Shown here piece after piece: positions 16,449 through 26,922 of a DNA stretch of 57,305 nucleotides. A model generated the notes under the pieces. That model ran no database searches. It saw only the letters and a program-made list of their open reading frames with translations, and had not been told where the DNA came from. The DNA lies in NCBI GenBank assembly GCA_012839845.1, contig DUMM01000118.1, positions 1 through 57,305 of the forward strand, in the 5' to 3' direction. A program made the position numbers and the translations under genes. The DNA comes from Bacillota bacterium. Lineage in GTDB: Bacteria > Bacillota > Limnochordia > DTU087. Each line of letters begins with the position of its first letter. Positions within the stretch are counted from its first letter, which is position 1.

Positions 16449-17558
16449 CTAGCTGCCGTTTAACCAGCTAGCCGCCAGCCACCCTGCTGCACCCCCAGCG
16501 CGAAAAAAGGCTGGATCCTCTGACGGACCCCTTCCCATGGACGTGACTTTTACTTTGTATTGCTGCAATAGCTCCAAGGTCCGGTCTCCCTCTACCCAGT
16601 GGATGCGGTGGCGCTGGTTGAGGCCCAGCTCTAGAACTTGCTGCCGCAGCTTTTCACCCTCGCGGCCGTTAAGCTGCGGCAAAGGCAGGTCGCAGACAGT
16701 ATGGCACAGCCGCATCAAGGCGGTGATGGTATGGTGACTCAGACCCTGGTGGCGCGTTCTCTTGTCTGCAAAACTGACCCTGGGCACCGCTATTGCCCTT
16801 CCCCCCAAAGCGTTAACTGCATCCAGGATCGGTGCTGTTTCCAGAGCCGTTGTGCCAAAGGTTGTTCCCGTGCCGACAACACCAGGTCCCATAGCAACAA
16901 GGCACGCATCGGCTTTGGCCACGTGTCTTGCCGCCAGCAGGCCGGAGTAGATGCTCACAGCCTCCAGGTCGCCTCCGAAGGCGTGCCCAACTGTTATGGT
17001 AGCGACAATGAACCCCTGGTCTTTCAGGGAAGCTGCCAATTTGCTGAAAGCTAGGGGCAAAGCAGCCCCGTCAGTCATAATGTATGCCAATCGGAAAGGT
17101 CGATGACTAAAGTGATGAAAGACTACTGCAGCAGGAGCGATGAGGCTGTGCAGGCTTGCCACGATGACCGGCATGCCCCCCAAGGAGTCTGCCTCGCGAA
17201 GAATCCCATGGTGCGGGCTGTTTTCCTCTTCCACCGCCAAGACGGCAAATTGCAGGGGAGTGTAGCGGAGTTTCATGATGTGGCCGGCAAGCGCAGACCC
17301 ACTTGGCTTTTCAGATTCCGTATCAAGACCCTTGGGCACACACGCGATGACAAAATGCACTCCCCCAGTCCCCAACTCCAAGTCCACGGCGGTGGTGTTT
17401 AGTTCCACTTGGTCTTCCGGAACCACGTCCCCCTGCAGCTGCCGGTAATTGATGGCGGGGACCAGCTTCCCTCTTACCTCCACTTCCAGTTCCTGAATAA
17501 CTTGCGTTGTCTTGTTGATCCGGCGCACTATACCCCATATGCGGTTAAGTGTGGCCAT
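16449..17558 (-). CDS. DUF3866-family protein (uncharacterised)
   Basis: 369 aa from ATG 17558 (MATLNRIWGIVRRI...). The family assignment is from memory of similar sequences that are commonly adjacent to TIGR00375 genes. Confidence 0.55.
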   Translation of the reverse strand: MATLNRIWGIVRRINKTTQVIQELEVEVRGKLVPAINYRQLQGDVVPEDQVELNTTAVDLELGTGGVHFVIACVPKGLDTESEKPSGSALAGHIMKLRYTPLQFAVLAVEEENSPHHGILREADSLGGMPVIVASLHSLIAPAAVVFHHFSHRPFRLAYIMTDGAALPLAFSKLAASLKDQGFIVATITVGHAFGGDLEAVSIYSGLLAARHVAKADACLVAMGPGVVGTGTTFGTTALETAPILDAVNALGGRAIAVPRVSFADKRTRHQGLSHHTITALMRLCHTVCDLPLPQLNGREGEKLRQQVLELGLNQRHRIHWVEGDRTLELLQQYKVKVTSMGRGPSEDPAFFRAGGAAGWLAASWLNGS

Positions 17559-17703
17559 CCCCTCGAACCCACCTCCGCAGTCAAAGAGCACACTTTGCAT
17601 TAGCATTGCCGGAAACAGTGTAGGACAATACTTGAGAAAAGGAACTGACTCAAACGACCGAGTGCCCAGATGGTCAGCGCCTGAGTTTCAGCAAAATGCC
17701 CGG

Positions 17704-17743
17704 GAAAAGTAAAAAGTCCGCCGGGTGGGGATTACCCCGCGGA
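17704..17743 (-). terminator. Rho-independent terminator after pnp
   Basis: Minus strand reads CCGCGGGG-TAAT-CCCCACCCGGCGG followed by ACTTTTTACTTTTCCC. Confidence 0.6.
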
Positions 17744-17857
17744 ATCTTACACTGGTTTGCCTTGGAAGTACTCTCAAGAAGCCTGCTGATGTAGATTCTG
17801 CATATCCATAGCGGCGGATATGCAGATTCCTTCCCTGCGCTGCCGGCAGCCAACCGC

Positions 17858-19999
17858 TTAGGACCTCGGCCGTTTCCCCCTGCCGTTGCGGCTTTTCTTG
17901 TTCTGGCTGACCTCCAATACTTCAGGGCGAGCCAGATTGATTCTTCCCATGTGGTCGATCTCAACCACCTTTACAGGTATGGTGTCGCCCACCTGAACCA
18001 CGTCTTCCACCTTGTTTACCCGGCTTGCTGCCAGTTTGGAAATATGCAGCAGACCTTCCTTGCCGGGAAGCAGCTCCACAAAGGCGCCAAAGTCCGCAAT
18101 GCGCTTTACTGTTCCCATGTAGGTTTCGCCCACTTGGACATCCTTCACCAACAGTTCGATCATCTTCTGAGCCCGGTACCCCGCTTCTTGGTTGGTGGAA
18201 GCCACATAGACCCTGCCGTCATCTTCGATATCGATGGTCACACCGGTCTCATCGATGATTTTCCTGATGGTCTTACCTCCTGGCCCGATGACATCCCTGA
18301 TCTTGTCCACCGGGATCTCCATGGTTAGAATCCTGGGGGCATAAGGCGACAGCTGCGGCCGCGGCCGATCGATGACCTCCAGCATCTTGCTGAGGATATA
18401 CAGCCGTCCTTCTCTCGCTTGAGCTAGTGCCTGCTGCAGCACGTCCCAAATGACCCCTTGGATCTTGATGTCCATCTGCAGAGCCGTGATACCCCGTTCC
18501 GTCCCCGCAACTTTGAAGTCCATGTCCCCCAAGGCGTCCTCCATACCCTGGATGTCGGAAAGGATGGAGAAGTTGTCGCCGTCCTTGACCAAACCCATGG
18601 CAATTCCTGCTACTGGCCTGGTGATGGGGACACCGGCATCCATCAGCGCCAGGGTACTGCCGCAGACGCTGGCCATGGAGGACGAACCGTTGGACTCCAA
18701 AACCTCTGACACCAACCGGATAGTATAAGGAAATTCATCTTCCCCGGGGATCATCGGCAGCAAAGCCCGTTCCGCCAAGGCGCCGTGACCGATTTCCCGA
18801 CGGCCGGGACCTCTTATGGGGCGGACTTCACCGACGCTGAAGGACGGGAAGTTGTAGTGGTGAATATAGCGCTTGCTCTCTTCGTAACCCAAGTCATCTA
18901 GGAGCTGTTCGTCTGACTTGACTCCCAGCGTGCAGGAGGTTAAGACCTGGGTCTGCCCTCGGGTAAAGACAGCTGAACCGTGAGCCCTGGGCAGTAAGCC
19001 GACTTCACAGGTTATCGGCCGAATCTCATCCAGAGCTCTCCCGTCGGGCCTGCGCTTCTCGTGGATGATCATATGCCGGACAAGTTCCTTAATCAAGGTT
19101 GAGATCACGTAGTCGAGGGACTGCTGTTTTTCAGCAAAGATTTCTTCCCCAAATTCCTGAACAAACTCTTCGTGGAGCGTCAGTCGGACATTATCCACAT
19201 CCGCTTCCCGGCTCAGTTTGTCAGGATTGCGCAGGGCTTGGTCCAGCCGGGAGGTTCCCTTTTCCCGTACCCACTGTTCTACCTCTGGATCAATTTCCAA
19301 GGGCTGAAGCTCCTTCTTGGGCAGCCCAATCTGCTTAACAATTTCCTCCTGGAATTCTACCAAATTTACAATATGTTGGTGTCCAAACTTGATTGCCTCC
19401 AGAACAACGTCTTCCGGTACTTCGTGAGCTCCCGCCTCCACCATGTTCACGGCATCCTTGGTGCCGGCTACTACCAAGTGGAGGTCGCTTTTTTGCTGCT
19501 GTTCAAAGGTGGGATTGATAACAAACTGGCCGTCGACCCTGCCGACGACGACACCGCCCACTGGCCCGTTGAAGGGAATGTCGGAAATGGACAAGGCAGC
19601 GGACGCTCCTATGAGGGCGGTAATGTCAGGAGCATTATCTTGGTCTACTGAGAGAATTGTCGCCACGATCTGGACATCATTGCGCATGCCCTCGGGGAAC
19701 AGCGGCCGCAAGGGGCGATCGATCATCCTTGCGGCAAGGATGGCGGCCTCGCCGGGCCGACCCTCGCGCCGTCCCCAACCCCCTGGCACCTTGCCGACAG
19801 CATACATTCGCTCTTCGTAGTCAACCAGTAGGGGGAAGAAGTCTATCCCCTCCCGGGGCTCCTTTGCCATGGTTGCTGTTACCAATACCACGGTGTCTCC
19901 GTAGCGCATAAGTACGCTGCCGTTGGCCTGCTTTGCCAGGGCGCCTGTTTCAATGGTTAGTGTTCTCCCTCCCAGTTCCAGGTGAAATTCATGTTTCAT
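17858..19999 (-). CDS. pnp: Polynucleotide phosphorylase
   Basis: 713 aa. Two RNase PH domains, then KH ([24 protein letters not shown]) and S1 ([21 protein letters not shown]). Confidence 0.97.
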   Translation of the reverse strand: MKHEFHLELGGRTLTIETGALAKQANGSVLMRYGDTVVLVTATMAKEPREGIDFFPLLVDYEERMYAVGKVPGGWGRREGRPGEAAILAARMIDRPLRPLFPEGMRNDVQIVATILSVDQDNAPDITALIGASAALSISDIPFNGPVGGVVVGRVDGQFVINPTFEQQQKSDLHLVVAGTKDAVNMVEAGAHEVPEDVVLEAIKFGHQHIVNLVEFQEEIVKQIGLPKKELQPLEIDPEVEQWVREKGTSRLDQALRNPDKLSREADVDNVRLTLHEEFVQEFGEEIFAEKQQSLDYVISTLIKELVRHMIIHEKRRPDGRALDEIRPITCEVGLLPRAHGSAVFTRGQTQVLTSCTLGVKSDEQLLDDLGYEESKRYIHHYNFPSFSVGEVRPIRGPGRREIGHGALAERALLPMIPGEDEFPYTIRLVSEVLESNGSSSMASVCGSTLALMDAGVPITRPVAGIAMGLVKDGDNFSILSDIQGMEDALGDMDFKVAGTERGITALQMDIKIQGVIWDVLQQALAQAREGRLYILSKMLEVIDRPRPQLSPYAPRILTMEIPVDKIRDVIGPGGKTIRKIIDETGVTIDIEDDGRVYVASTNQEAGYRAQKMIELLVKDVQVGETYMGTVKRIADFGAFVELLPGKEGLLHISKLAASRVNKVEDVVQVGDTIPVKVVEIDHMGRINLARPEVLEVSQNKKSRNGRGKRPRS

Positions 20000-20147
20000 T
20001 CTTTCTTTGTACCTCCTTAGGGTTCAATGGCCACTCTCGCCCGGCATTAGCTTGTTCCTCCTGAGCAAGTAATACCGGCCGTTACGATAGTGTCTTCTAG
20101 ATCTCTGTTGGGCATTCAGCCCAGAAGATTAAGAGTGGTCATGCGAA

Positions 20148-20172
20148 GAAGGAGCGGGGTTACCGCTCCTTC
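20148..20172 (-). terminator. Stem-loop between rpsO and pnp (attenuating terminator or processing site)
   Basis: Perfect 10-bp stem GAAGGAGCGG / CCGCTCCTTC with a 5-nt loop, 9 nt after the rpsO stop. The U-tract is weak (TTCGCAT). Confidence 0.55.
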
Positions 20173-20180
20173 AATTACGA

Positions 20181-20450
20181 TTACCCTCGTATACCGAGCT
20201 TGGTAACAAGGGCCCGATAGCGTTCGACGTCTCGTTCCCGCAGATAGTCGAGCAGCCCTTTTCTCTGACCGATCATTTTCAGCAAGCCCCGACGGGAATG
20301 GTAATCCTTCTTGTGTACCTTAAGATGCTCAGTCAAGTCGTTGATTCTCTTAGTAAGAATTGCTATTTGCACTTCCGGTGACCCAGTGTCGGATTCATGG
20401 AGCTTGAACTCATCGATGATCTGACGCTTGACGTCTTTATCCAGAGCCAC
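20181..20450 (-). CDS. rpsO: 30S ribosomal protein S15
   Basis: 89 aa. [12 protein letters not shown]...[19 protein letters not shown] start 7 nt after GGGAGGTG. Confidence 0.97.
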   Translation of the reverse strand: MALDKDVKRQIIDEFKLHESDTGSPEVQIAILTKRINDLTEHLKVHKKDYHSRRGLLKMIGQRKGLLDYLRERDVERYRALVTKLGIRG

Positions 20451-20556
20451 TTTATTTCACCTCCCACACAGAAAATCCCCCAAGCCCAGAACGGCGTTGG
20501 AGGAACTCGCCGATCCGAGTCAAGGGTTCAATACCGTATTCACTATATCACAAAGC

Positions 20557-21573
20557 TCAAAGGCTGTAAATCTTTTCTGCCGGGAAAGAACTGCCGCTGC
20601 TTGGCGGACCTTTTGCGAAAAGACTGCGGACAGCGGCAACGTCTACAGCAATTTGCTTCCGCAGTTCATCACTGCTGGCGAATTTCCTAATCGGTCTGAG
20701 AAACCTGTGGAACGAAATCTCCAGGTGTTTGCCGTAGTAGTCTCCCTCATGGTCCAGAAGATGTACTTCCACGGTCTGACCTTCGCCGCGAAACGTCGGT
20801 TTGCTGCTGATGCTCAAGACGCCCACCGACTCTTGCTGGCCGGTTGGCTTCTCCCCATCTTCCACCGGCATCTCCCGCACAGTAACCGCGTAGACGCCAT
20901 CCCTTGGTACCAGTCGGGTTTCTTCTATGCCTATGTTGGCCGTGGGAAACCCAAGTCTTCTCCCCCGGCCTTCACCCCGGATCACGGGCCCAGCTAAACG
21001 GTAAGGATGGCCCAAGAGCCTCGCCGCTGCCTCTACATCTCCTGCCTGAAGAAGACCCCGAATTCGGGTGCTGGAAACTTTCTCTCCGCCGACAAGCACA
21101 GGCGGTACTGTCACCACCGATTCTATCCCCCACCGGCGGCCTTCCTGACGGAGAAATGCGGTAGTGCCGCGGCCTTCATGCCCAAATGTAAAGTCCTCTC
21201 CGGCCGCTACTGCTGCAACGTTCAGTTTTCCTACCAAGACTTCTCTTATGAACTCTTCGGGAGATAATCTAGCCAGCCTCTCGTCGAAGACCAGTTCTGC
21301 TACCGCCTGGATCCCGAGTTCCCACATATACCGCCTCCGCTCAGCTGGCGTTGTCAAGAGGGGAGGGACTGCTTGAGGCTTTACGATGGAGAGAGGATGC
21401 CGGTCGAAGGTCACCAGGACCGAAGTCACCCGCAAAGAGGCGCCCAGTTCTACCACTTGGGCAGCAATGGCCTGGTGTCCCAAGTGCATTCCATCAAAAA
21501 AGCCCAATCCCGCTGCCGTCTTGGTGTCCAATATGCTGCTGGTGATTTTGCCGTCCTGCCAGTAAATACGCAA
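20557..21573 (-). CDS. ribF: Bifunctional riboflavin kinase / FMN adenylyltransferase
   Basis: GFFDGMHLGHQ (the FAD synthetase nucleotidyltransferase motif) and the C-terminal kinase motif GFPTANI...EVHLLD. Confidence 0.95.
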   Translation of the reverse strand: MRIYWQDGKITSSILDTKTAAGLGFFDGMHLGHQAIAAQVVELGASLRVTSVLVTFDRHPLSIVKPQAVPPLLTTPAERRRYMWELGIQAVAELVFDERLARLSPEEFIREVLVGKLNVAAVAAGEDFTFGHEGRGTTAFLRQEGRRWGIESVVTVPPVLVGGEKVSSTRIRGLLQAGDVEAAARLLGHPYRLAGPVIRGEGRGRRLGFPTANIGIEETRLVPRDGVYAVTVREMPVEDGEKPTGQQESVGVLSISSKPTFRGEGQTVEVHLLDHEGDYYGKHLEISFHRFLRPIRKFASSDELRKQIAVDVAAVRSLFAKGPPSSGSSFPAEKIYSL

Positions 21574-21603
21574 GCTCTGTTCACCCCTGGTTCTCGTCCA
21601 CTG

Positions 21604-22605
21604 TTACCGCGACTCTGCAGGCAGCAGTCTTACCGGCCGCAGTATCCCTCCTGCTCCACCCCGGGAGGTGCGGCCGATACCTAGGAATCTGTCTTGGTTG
21701 TCGTATATCCGGATCAAGTCCCCTGTCAGCGAGGGGTCTCCTGCAACTCCCATCAGCTCAAAGTCAGTGGGCTCAAGCCACTTTTCCACATACTCTGCCG
21801 GTACCGAGCTGCCGTGACGCATGCGCTCAGCTCCTCTTTTGCTCAACACAGCTCCCGGGAGGTGTTCTACCCCCACATCCATGGGAATGAGGACGGATAA
21901 ATTCGAAAGACTACTTGCTTCCGTTTTCAAGTCAAACTCGTCAGCTGCAGCTGCCAGTTCCTCCAAGGTAAGTGCGTCCTGCAGGGACCAGCGCCCAACC
22001 CTAGTACGGACCAGGAAAGACATATGGCTCGGAACTTGCAAATACTCCCCTAGGTCTTGACAAAGGGTACGGATATAGGTGCCTTTTGAACACACAACAT
22101 CAAAGAGCAGAGTATCGCCATAATGCCACTCCCCCCGGCGCCAGCTGCCCACGGGTTCTAACTGGAAGATCTTCACCTTTCTGGGCTTTCTTTCTACCGT
22201 CTTTCCCTGACGAGCTAACGTATAGAGCCGCTGTCCTTCATGCTTCAATGCGGAAACCATGGGCGGAATCTGCTCTACTTCTCCCTGAAAAACAGTTAGG
22301 GCAGCCAGCAAATCTTCATCAGTAAAGGCGAACTCCCGCAGTTCTGCAACTGTCTCTCCGCCGGCATCTTGGGTGTCGGTGGATCTTCCAAACCAGACCT
22401 CTGCTCTGTACCCCTTGATACAGTCCTCCATGAACGGAATTAACCTAGTGGCATTTCCAATACAGATCACCAGAATGCCTGCTGCGCCGGGGTCTAGGGT
22501 GCCGGTATGACCAACTCGCCTTTCACCCAGCAACCGTCGTACTGCATCGACTACATCATGTGAGGTCATTCCCGGCGGTTTGAGAAGTACCAGAATTCCG
22601 TCCAT
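21604..22605 (-). CDS. truB: tRNA pseudouridine(55) synthase
   Basis: GILVLLKPPGMTSHDVV...VGHTGTLDPGAAG, with the catalytic Asp. ATG at 22605. The longer ORF-track start would overlap nrnA by 176 nt. Confidence 0.93.
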   Translation of the reverse strand: MDGILVLLKPPGMTSHDVVDAVRRLLGERRVGHTGTLDPGAAGILVICIGNATRLIPFMEDCIKGYRAEVWFGRSTDTQDAGGETVAELREFAFTDEDLLAALTVFQGEVEQIPPMVSALKHEGQRLYTLARQGKTVERKPRKVKIFQLEPVGSWRRGEWHYGDTLLFDVVCSKGTYIRTLCQDLGEYLQVPSHMSFLVRTRVGRWSLQDALTLEELAAAADEFDLKTEASSLSNLSVLIPMDVGVEHLPGAVLSKRGAERMRHGSSVPAEYVEKWLEPTDFELMGVAGDPSLTGDLIRIYDNQDRFLGIGRTSRGGAGGILRPVRLLPAESR

Positions 22606-23617
22606 TCCCGCCTTTACCTTCTTCACCTCCTGACACACCGGCACCTTCAGCCGCCAGCAGTTCCGCAGCCGCCTCCAGTACCATGGCTTTGGCCTCCGGC
22701 AGGGGTTTATCAATTGTACACCCCGCTGCATACATATGGCCTCCGCCGCCGAACAATCTGGCCAGCTTGCTCGCGTCGATGTTATTCCGGGAACGAAAAC
22801 TGACCTTCGTTCTCGCCAGCTCCAACTCCCGAAACATGATTGCCAGCTTCACCGTCTTGATCATGCGGGGATACTTGATCAGATCTTCGGAGCGCTGACC
22901 GCTCCACTGCCTTTCACCCAGCATCATTCTGGTTACAGTAATCCAGCCCATCTCCCCGTTAGGACTGATTTCTAAGGTGTCCAGCACTTCCCGGATCAGG
23001 TTAACCTCTTCGAAAGGTTTGTTTTCATATAAATGCGCAGCTATCGCACCGGGATCTGCACCGTGTCTAGCCAGCTCGCCTGCGATGAACAGCACCCGGC
23101 TGCTGGTGTTGCTGTAACGAAATGTCCCCGTATCGCCAGACAAAGCGGCGTACAAGTTAGTAGCCATATCCCTTGTCAAGGATACGCCCATGTGTTCGGT
23201 GATCAATTCGTAGACAATCTCACCGGTGGCTGCAGCCTGGGAATCTATGTAGAAAGCCTCGCCGAATCCTCGATTTGTCCCATGATGATCGATATTGATC
23301 ACCGGCACGCCGGACTTAAGGAAGGGAACGAGTCCGCCGCACCTATCAGGCTCGCAGTCCTCCACAATTACGGCATCTACCGGAGGATTGAAGCCCGCTT
23401 CGAAAACCCTGCAGAACTCAATTCCGGGAAGGAAGTCGAACCAATCCCCTAGCGGATCGGGAGACACGGCGATGACCTCCTTGCCTAGGGCCTGTAAAGC
23501 CAGCAGGAGAGCCAACCCAGACCCAACGCAGTCAGGGTCTGGGTCGACATGCCAGGTGATTAGGAATCTGCTGTAAGCTTTGATTGCCTGAGTTACTCGT
23601 TCGAGGGATCCTACCAC
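22556..23617 (-). CDS. nrnA: DHH/DHHA1 phosphoesterase (NrnA-like oligoribonuclease / pAp phosphatase)
   Basis: HVDPDPDCVGS, DHH (NIDHHGTN) and GGGHMYAAG (DHHA1). Confidence 0.85.
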   Translation of the reverse strand: MVGSLERVTQAIKAYSRFLITWHVDPDPDCVGSGLALLLALQALGKEVIAVSPDPLGDWFDFLPGIEFCRVFEAGFNPPVDAVIVEDCEPDRCGGLVPFLKSGVPVINIDHHGTNRGFGEAFYIDSQAAATGEIVYELITEHMGVSLTRDMATNLYAALSGDTGTFRYSNTSSRVLFIAGELARHGADPGAIAAHLYENKPFEEVNLIREVLDTLEISPNGEMGWITVTRMMLGERQWSGQRSEDLIKYPRMIKTVKLAIMFRELELARTKVSFRSRNNIDASKLARLFGGGGHMYAAGCTIDKPLPEAKAMVLEAAAELLAAEGAGVSGGEEGKGGNGRNSGTSQTAGNDLT

Positions 23618-24021
23618 TATAGATCTTCTCCCACAGTGGAAGCGGTGTCTTGGTCCTGTGAAGCAAAACTCTCCTCCCTCAGCTCCTTAAGCAGCTGAGA
23701 AATCCGTGCACCTCTTTCTATGGATTCATCCAGCCGGAAGAGGATCTCTGGGGTATGCCGCAAGCGTATCCGTTGGCCGATTTCTGAGTGAATATAGCCG
23801 GTCGCTCGCTCAAGCCCCTCCATTGCGGCCTTTTTTGCTTCTTCGTCTCCCAACACACTGACAAATATCTTAACATGGCGAAGATCCCGGGAAACTTCAG
23901 CATCAGTGACCGTGACAAATGAGACCCGAGGATCCTTCATTTTGCGAATAATATCGCTCGTCTCCTGCTTAATTGCTTCCCGGACTCTCTCTACCCGTTG
24001 CTGGGTGGCCATATTTCTCAT
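23617..24021 (-). CDS. rbfA: Ribosome-binding factor A
   Basis: RVERVREAIKQETSDII...DPRVSFVTVTDAEVSRDLRHVKIFVS. Confidence 0.93.
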   Translation of the reverse strand: MRNMATQQRVERVREAIKQETSDIIRKMKDPRVSFVTVTDAEVSRDLRHVKIFVSVLGDEEAKKAAMEGLERATGYIHSEIGQRIRLRHTPEILFRLDESIERGARISQLLKELREESFASQDQDTASTVGEDL

Positions 24022-24049
24022 CCCCTTCTTCCGCCAGTCTTGTCAGCGG

Positions 24050-26254
24050 CTAGAGTGTCCGCTTTACCTCTTTGACGACAAAGGCTTCGATCTCATCGCC
24101 TTCCTTGATATCGTTGAAGCGCTCTATCCCTATGCCGCACTCATAGCCTTGGACGACTTCCCTAACGTCGTCCTTAAACCGCTTGAGGGAGGAAATCTTG
24201 CCTTCGTGGATCACTACATTGTTCCGCAGCAGGCGCACTTGTGCATTGCGGACGATCCTGCCGCTGTCCACATAGCACCCGGCGACAACCCCTACATTGG
24301 GGACCTTAAACGTTGCCCTCACTGTTGCCCTGCCCAGAACCTCTTCTACGTACTCAGGTTCTAGGAGTCCCTCCATAGCTGCCTTGATATCGTCTATCGC
24401 GTCATATATAACCCGATAAGTTCGAATATCGATCCTTTCCCGTTCCGCTATCCGACTGGCAATAGCATCGGGACGAACGTTAAAGCCGATAATCACCGCG
24501 TTAGACGCAGCTGCCAGGAGGACGTCGCTTTCTGTGATACCTCCAACTCCTTCATGAATTACCTTTACCTGCACTTCATCAGTGGACAACCGCAGCAAAG
24601 CCTGGCGGACAGCTTCCACTGAACCCTGCACATCAGCCTTAATGATCAAGTTGAAATCCTTAACTTCCCCTTGCTTGATGCGTTCAAAGAGACCATCGAG
24701 GGTGATGGGTGCAGTTCTGCTCAGCTCGGCTGCTCGTTTCTCCTCTTGCTTCTTGGCTGCAATCTCCCTTGCCAGCCTTTCATCCTCGAGAGCCACCAAT
24801 TCGTCTCCAGCCTCCGGGACGTCGTCAAGGCCTATTACCTCCACTGGGGTTGACGGACCTGCTTCCTTTAAGCGTCTGCCGGAAGCATCGCTCATAGCCC
24901 GCACCTTGCCTGCTACGGCCCCGGCTACTACAGCATCACCGACTCGCAGGGTACCATTCCGGATCAAAACCGTAGCCACCGGACCGCGGCCTTTATCCAG
25001 CTTTGCCTCGATGATGGTGCCCCTAGCCATTCTGTCAGGATTGGCCTTCAGCTCCTGCAAATCTGCCACCAGGAGGATCATCTCTAAAAGCTCATCAATA
25101 CCTTCCTTGCGGAGTGCGGAAATATTGACACAGACGGTGTCTCCTCCCCACTCCTCCGGGACTAAGCCCAATTCAGCCAAACCCTGCTTTACCCGATCTG
25201 GATTTGCGTCGGGACGATCTATCTTGTTGATGGCAACAATGATAGGCACATTAGCTGCCTTGGCATGGTTGATGGCTTCACGGGTTTGGGGCATGACTCC
25301 GTCGTCGGCGGCCACAACCAAGACTGCAATATCGGTAACCTGTGCACCCCGGGAACGCATGGCGGTGAAGGCTTCATGACCGGGAGTATCTATAAAAGTG
25401 ATCTTTCTCCCCTGCAGCTCAACCTGATACGCACCGATATGCTGGGTAATTCCTCCAGCCTCCTGTTGAGCCACATGGCTTTCTCTGATGGCGTCAAGTA
25501 GTGTCGTCTTGCCGTGATCCACATGTCCCATAATGGTGACAATAGGCGGGCGGGGCTGAAGCTTTTCCGGCGGGTCTGCTACATCCGCCAGAGGATCCAC
25601 CTTCTCGATCTCCGGCAGTACCACCTTGAAGCCGAGATTCTCTGCCACAGTGGCAGCAGCTTCCCAGCTGATGCTCTGAGGAACGGTGGCCATTACACCG
25701 ATATCCATCAGCTTTCTAATGATGGTGGCAGCGGGAATGCTCAGCCGACTCGCCAATTCTTTCACAGTGATGCTTTCGGGGATCTCAATTTCCTTAGGCC
25801 TCTGCGGAACAGGCTTCGGACTTGGCGCAGAAGGCTGGCGTTTCATGCTCTTGCGGCCTTTGCGCCGCTGCCGCTTGCTGGTGGGAACATCCTCTTCGTC
25901 ATCGTATTCCAGCATTGGGGCCTTAGCTGCGGCCTTTACACTGCGTTTCAACGGCTTCGGCCTTCGCTCCTCCACCTCTTCATCCTCACTAATTCCCTGC
26001 ACCTTGTCGTGCACCGTCTCCTGCTTCTTTAGTTTCTTCTGCGGCTGCTGTTCCTTCGGCTCAGCCACCTTCTGCTTTTTTTGCTTCTTATCCTTGGCCT
26101 GAGCGAAATGCTCTCTAACCAAGTCCGCCACATCATCATCTAGAGTGCTCATGTGATTCTTGACATCTGCCCCCAGGTTCTGCAGAATCTCAATCAGCTG
26201 CTTGCTCTTTATTTCCAGTTCCTTGGCCAGTTCATAAACTCGGACTTTTCCCAT
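24050..26254 (-). CDS. infB: Translation initiation factor IF-2
   Basis: 734 aa. GTPase motifs [13 protein letters not shown] and NKID, plus the conserved C-terminal domains. Confidence 0.97.
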   Translation of the reverse strand: MGKVRVYELAKELEIKSKQLIEILQNLGADVKNHMSTLDDDVADLVREHFAQAKDKKQKKQKVAEPKEQQPQKKLKKQETVHDKVQGISEDEEVEERRPKPLKRSVKAAAKAPMLEYDDEEDVPTSKRQRRKGRKSMKRQPSAPSPKPVPQRPKEIEIPESITVKELASRLSIPAATIIRKLMDIGVMATVPQSISWEAAATVAENLGFKVVLPEIEKVDPLADVADPPEKLQPRPPIVTIMGHVDHGKTTLLDAIRESHVAQQEAGGITQHIGAYQVELQGRKITFIDTPGHEAFTAMRSRGAQVTDIAVLVVAADDGVMPQTREAINHAKAANVPIIVAINKIDRPDANPDRVKQGLAELGLVPEEWGGDTVCVNISALRKEGIDELLEMILLVADLQELKANPDRMARGTIIEAKLDKGRGPVATVLIRNGTLRVGDAVVAGAVAGKVRAMSDASGRRLKEAGPSTPVEVIGLDDVPEAGDELVALEDERLAREIAAKKQEEKRAAELSRTAPITLDGLFERIKQGEVKDFNLIIKADVQGSVEAVRQALLRLSTDEVQVKVIHEGVGGITESDVLLAAASNAVIIGFNVRPDAIASRIAERERIDIRTYRVIYDAIDDIKAAMEGLLEPEYVEEVLGRATVRATFKVPNVGVVAGCYVDSGRIVRNAQVRLLRNNVVIHEGKISSLKRFKDDVREVVQGYECGIGIERFNDIKEGDEIEAFVVKEVKRTL

Positions 26255-26613
26255 TAACCATCACCCCTAACTTGGTCCGCTATTTGCTCCGGTCTTACAT
26301 GGTTTCCCCCTGCCTCCATCTTACTGGTGTTCACAGCTTTTATTATCGCCTGGGCTAACCCAGCGTCTTTGACGCAGAGAACGGCCCGGGCAGGTTTGCC
26401 GACAGCTTTTCCCAATTGTTCCTTGGTCCCCAAGAAGATGACAGAAACTCCCCTAGCTGCCTTCTCGAATGTCTCCTTTGTTGCAGGACTGGCATCCTCG
26501 GCCAGGATTACCAACTTAACCTGTTTTCACTGCAAGGCCCCCAGACAGCTGTTGTACCCAGAAACCAGATTACCGCTTGCTTGGGCAAAACCCAGCAAAC
26601 TGAGCGCTTTCAT
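26254..26613 (-). pseudogene. ylxQ: L7Ae-family YlxQ-like gene interrupted by one in-frame TGA (26527-26529); either a pseudogene or a recoding event
   Basis: ATG at 26613 overlaps the ylxR stop (ATGA). The translation is MKALSLLGFAQASGNLVSGYNSCLGALQ-TGA-KQVKLVILAEDASP..., all in one frame. The 3' stop overlaps the infB ATG (TAATG). The ORF track reports only the distal 86 aa (26254-26514). Confidence 0.7.
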
Positions 26614-26882
26614 ATGACCCGCTCCAGTTCCTCTCGGAGTCTCTCAATAGTCTCCGGGGTGATGGCCACTTCCAGGGCTCTTTCCAGCTGCTTCTTTTTC
26701 AATGCCTGCTCCATGCAGGCCGCATCGGGACACATGTAAGCACCTCTGCCAGACTGCTTTCCGGTGGGGTCAAGCACGATCTCTCCTTGAGGCGTTCTAA
26801 CTACCCGGATGAGTTCTCGCTTAGGGCGCACAGTGCGGCAGCCGATACATGTCCTTTGTGGAACCTTGCGCTGTTTGGCCAC
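26610..26882 (-). CDS. ylxR: YlxR family RNA-binding protein (DUF448)
   Basis: 90 aa with the motif RTCIGCR...DPTGKQSGRGAYMC. It occupies the canonical position between nusA and ylxQ. Confidence 0.9.
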   Translation of the reverse strand: MAKQRKVPQRTCIGCRTVRPKRELIRVVRTPQGEIVLDPTGKQSGRGAYMCPDAACMEQALKKKQLERALEVAITPETIERLREELERVI

Positions 26883-26922
26883 TGTGCCATCACTCCTTCA
26901 CAGCCCTACTGCCTGAACCTCA

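Noticed and set aside
24582-25379. A 265-aa plus-strand ORF antisense to infB.
   Set aside because: It is a shadow ORF within the IF-2 GTPase region. It has low-complexity Ser/Ala/Thr content and no start context.
26470-26526. A SECIS element downstream of the in-frame TGA in ylxQ.
   Set aside because: Only a 5-bp stem (ATCCT/AGGAT) is present. I found no extended hairpin at the spacing and with the apical loop expected for bacterial SECIS. The L7Ae family is not known to include selenoproteins.
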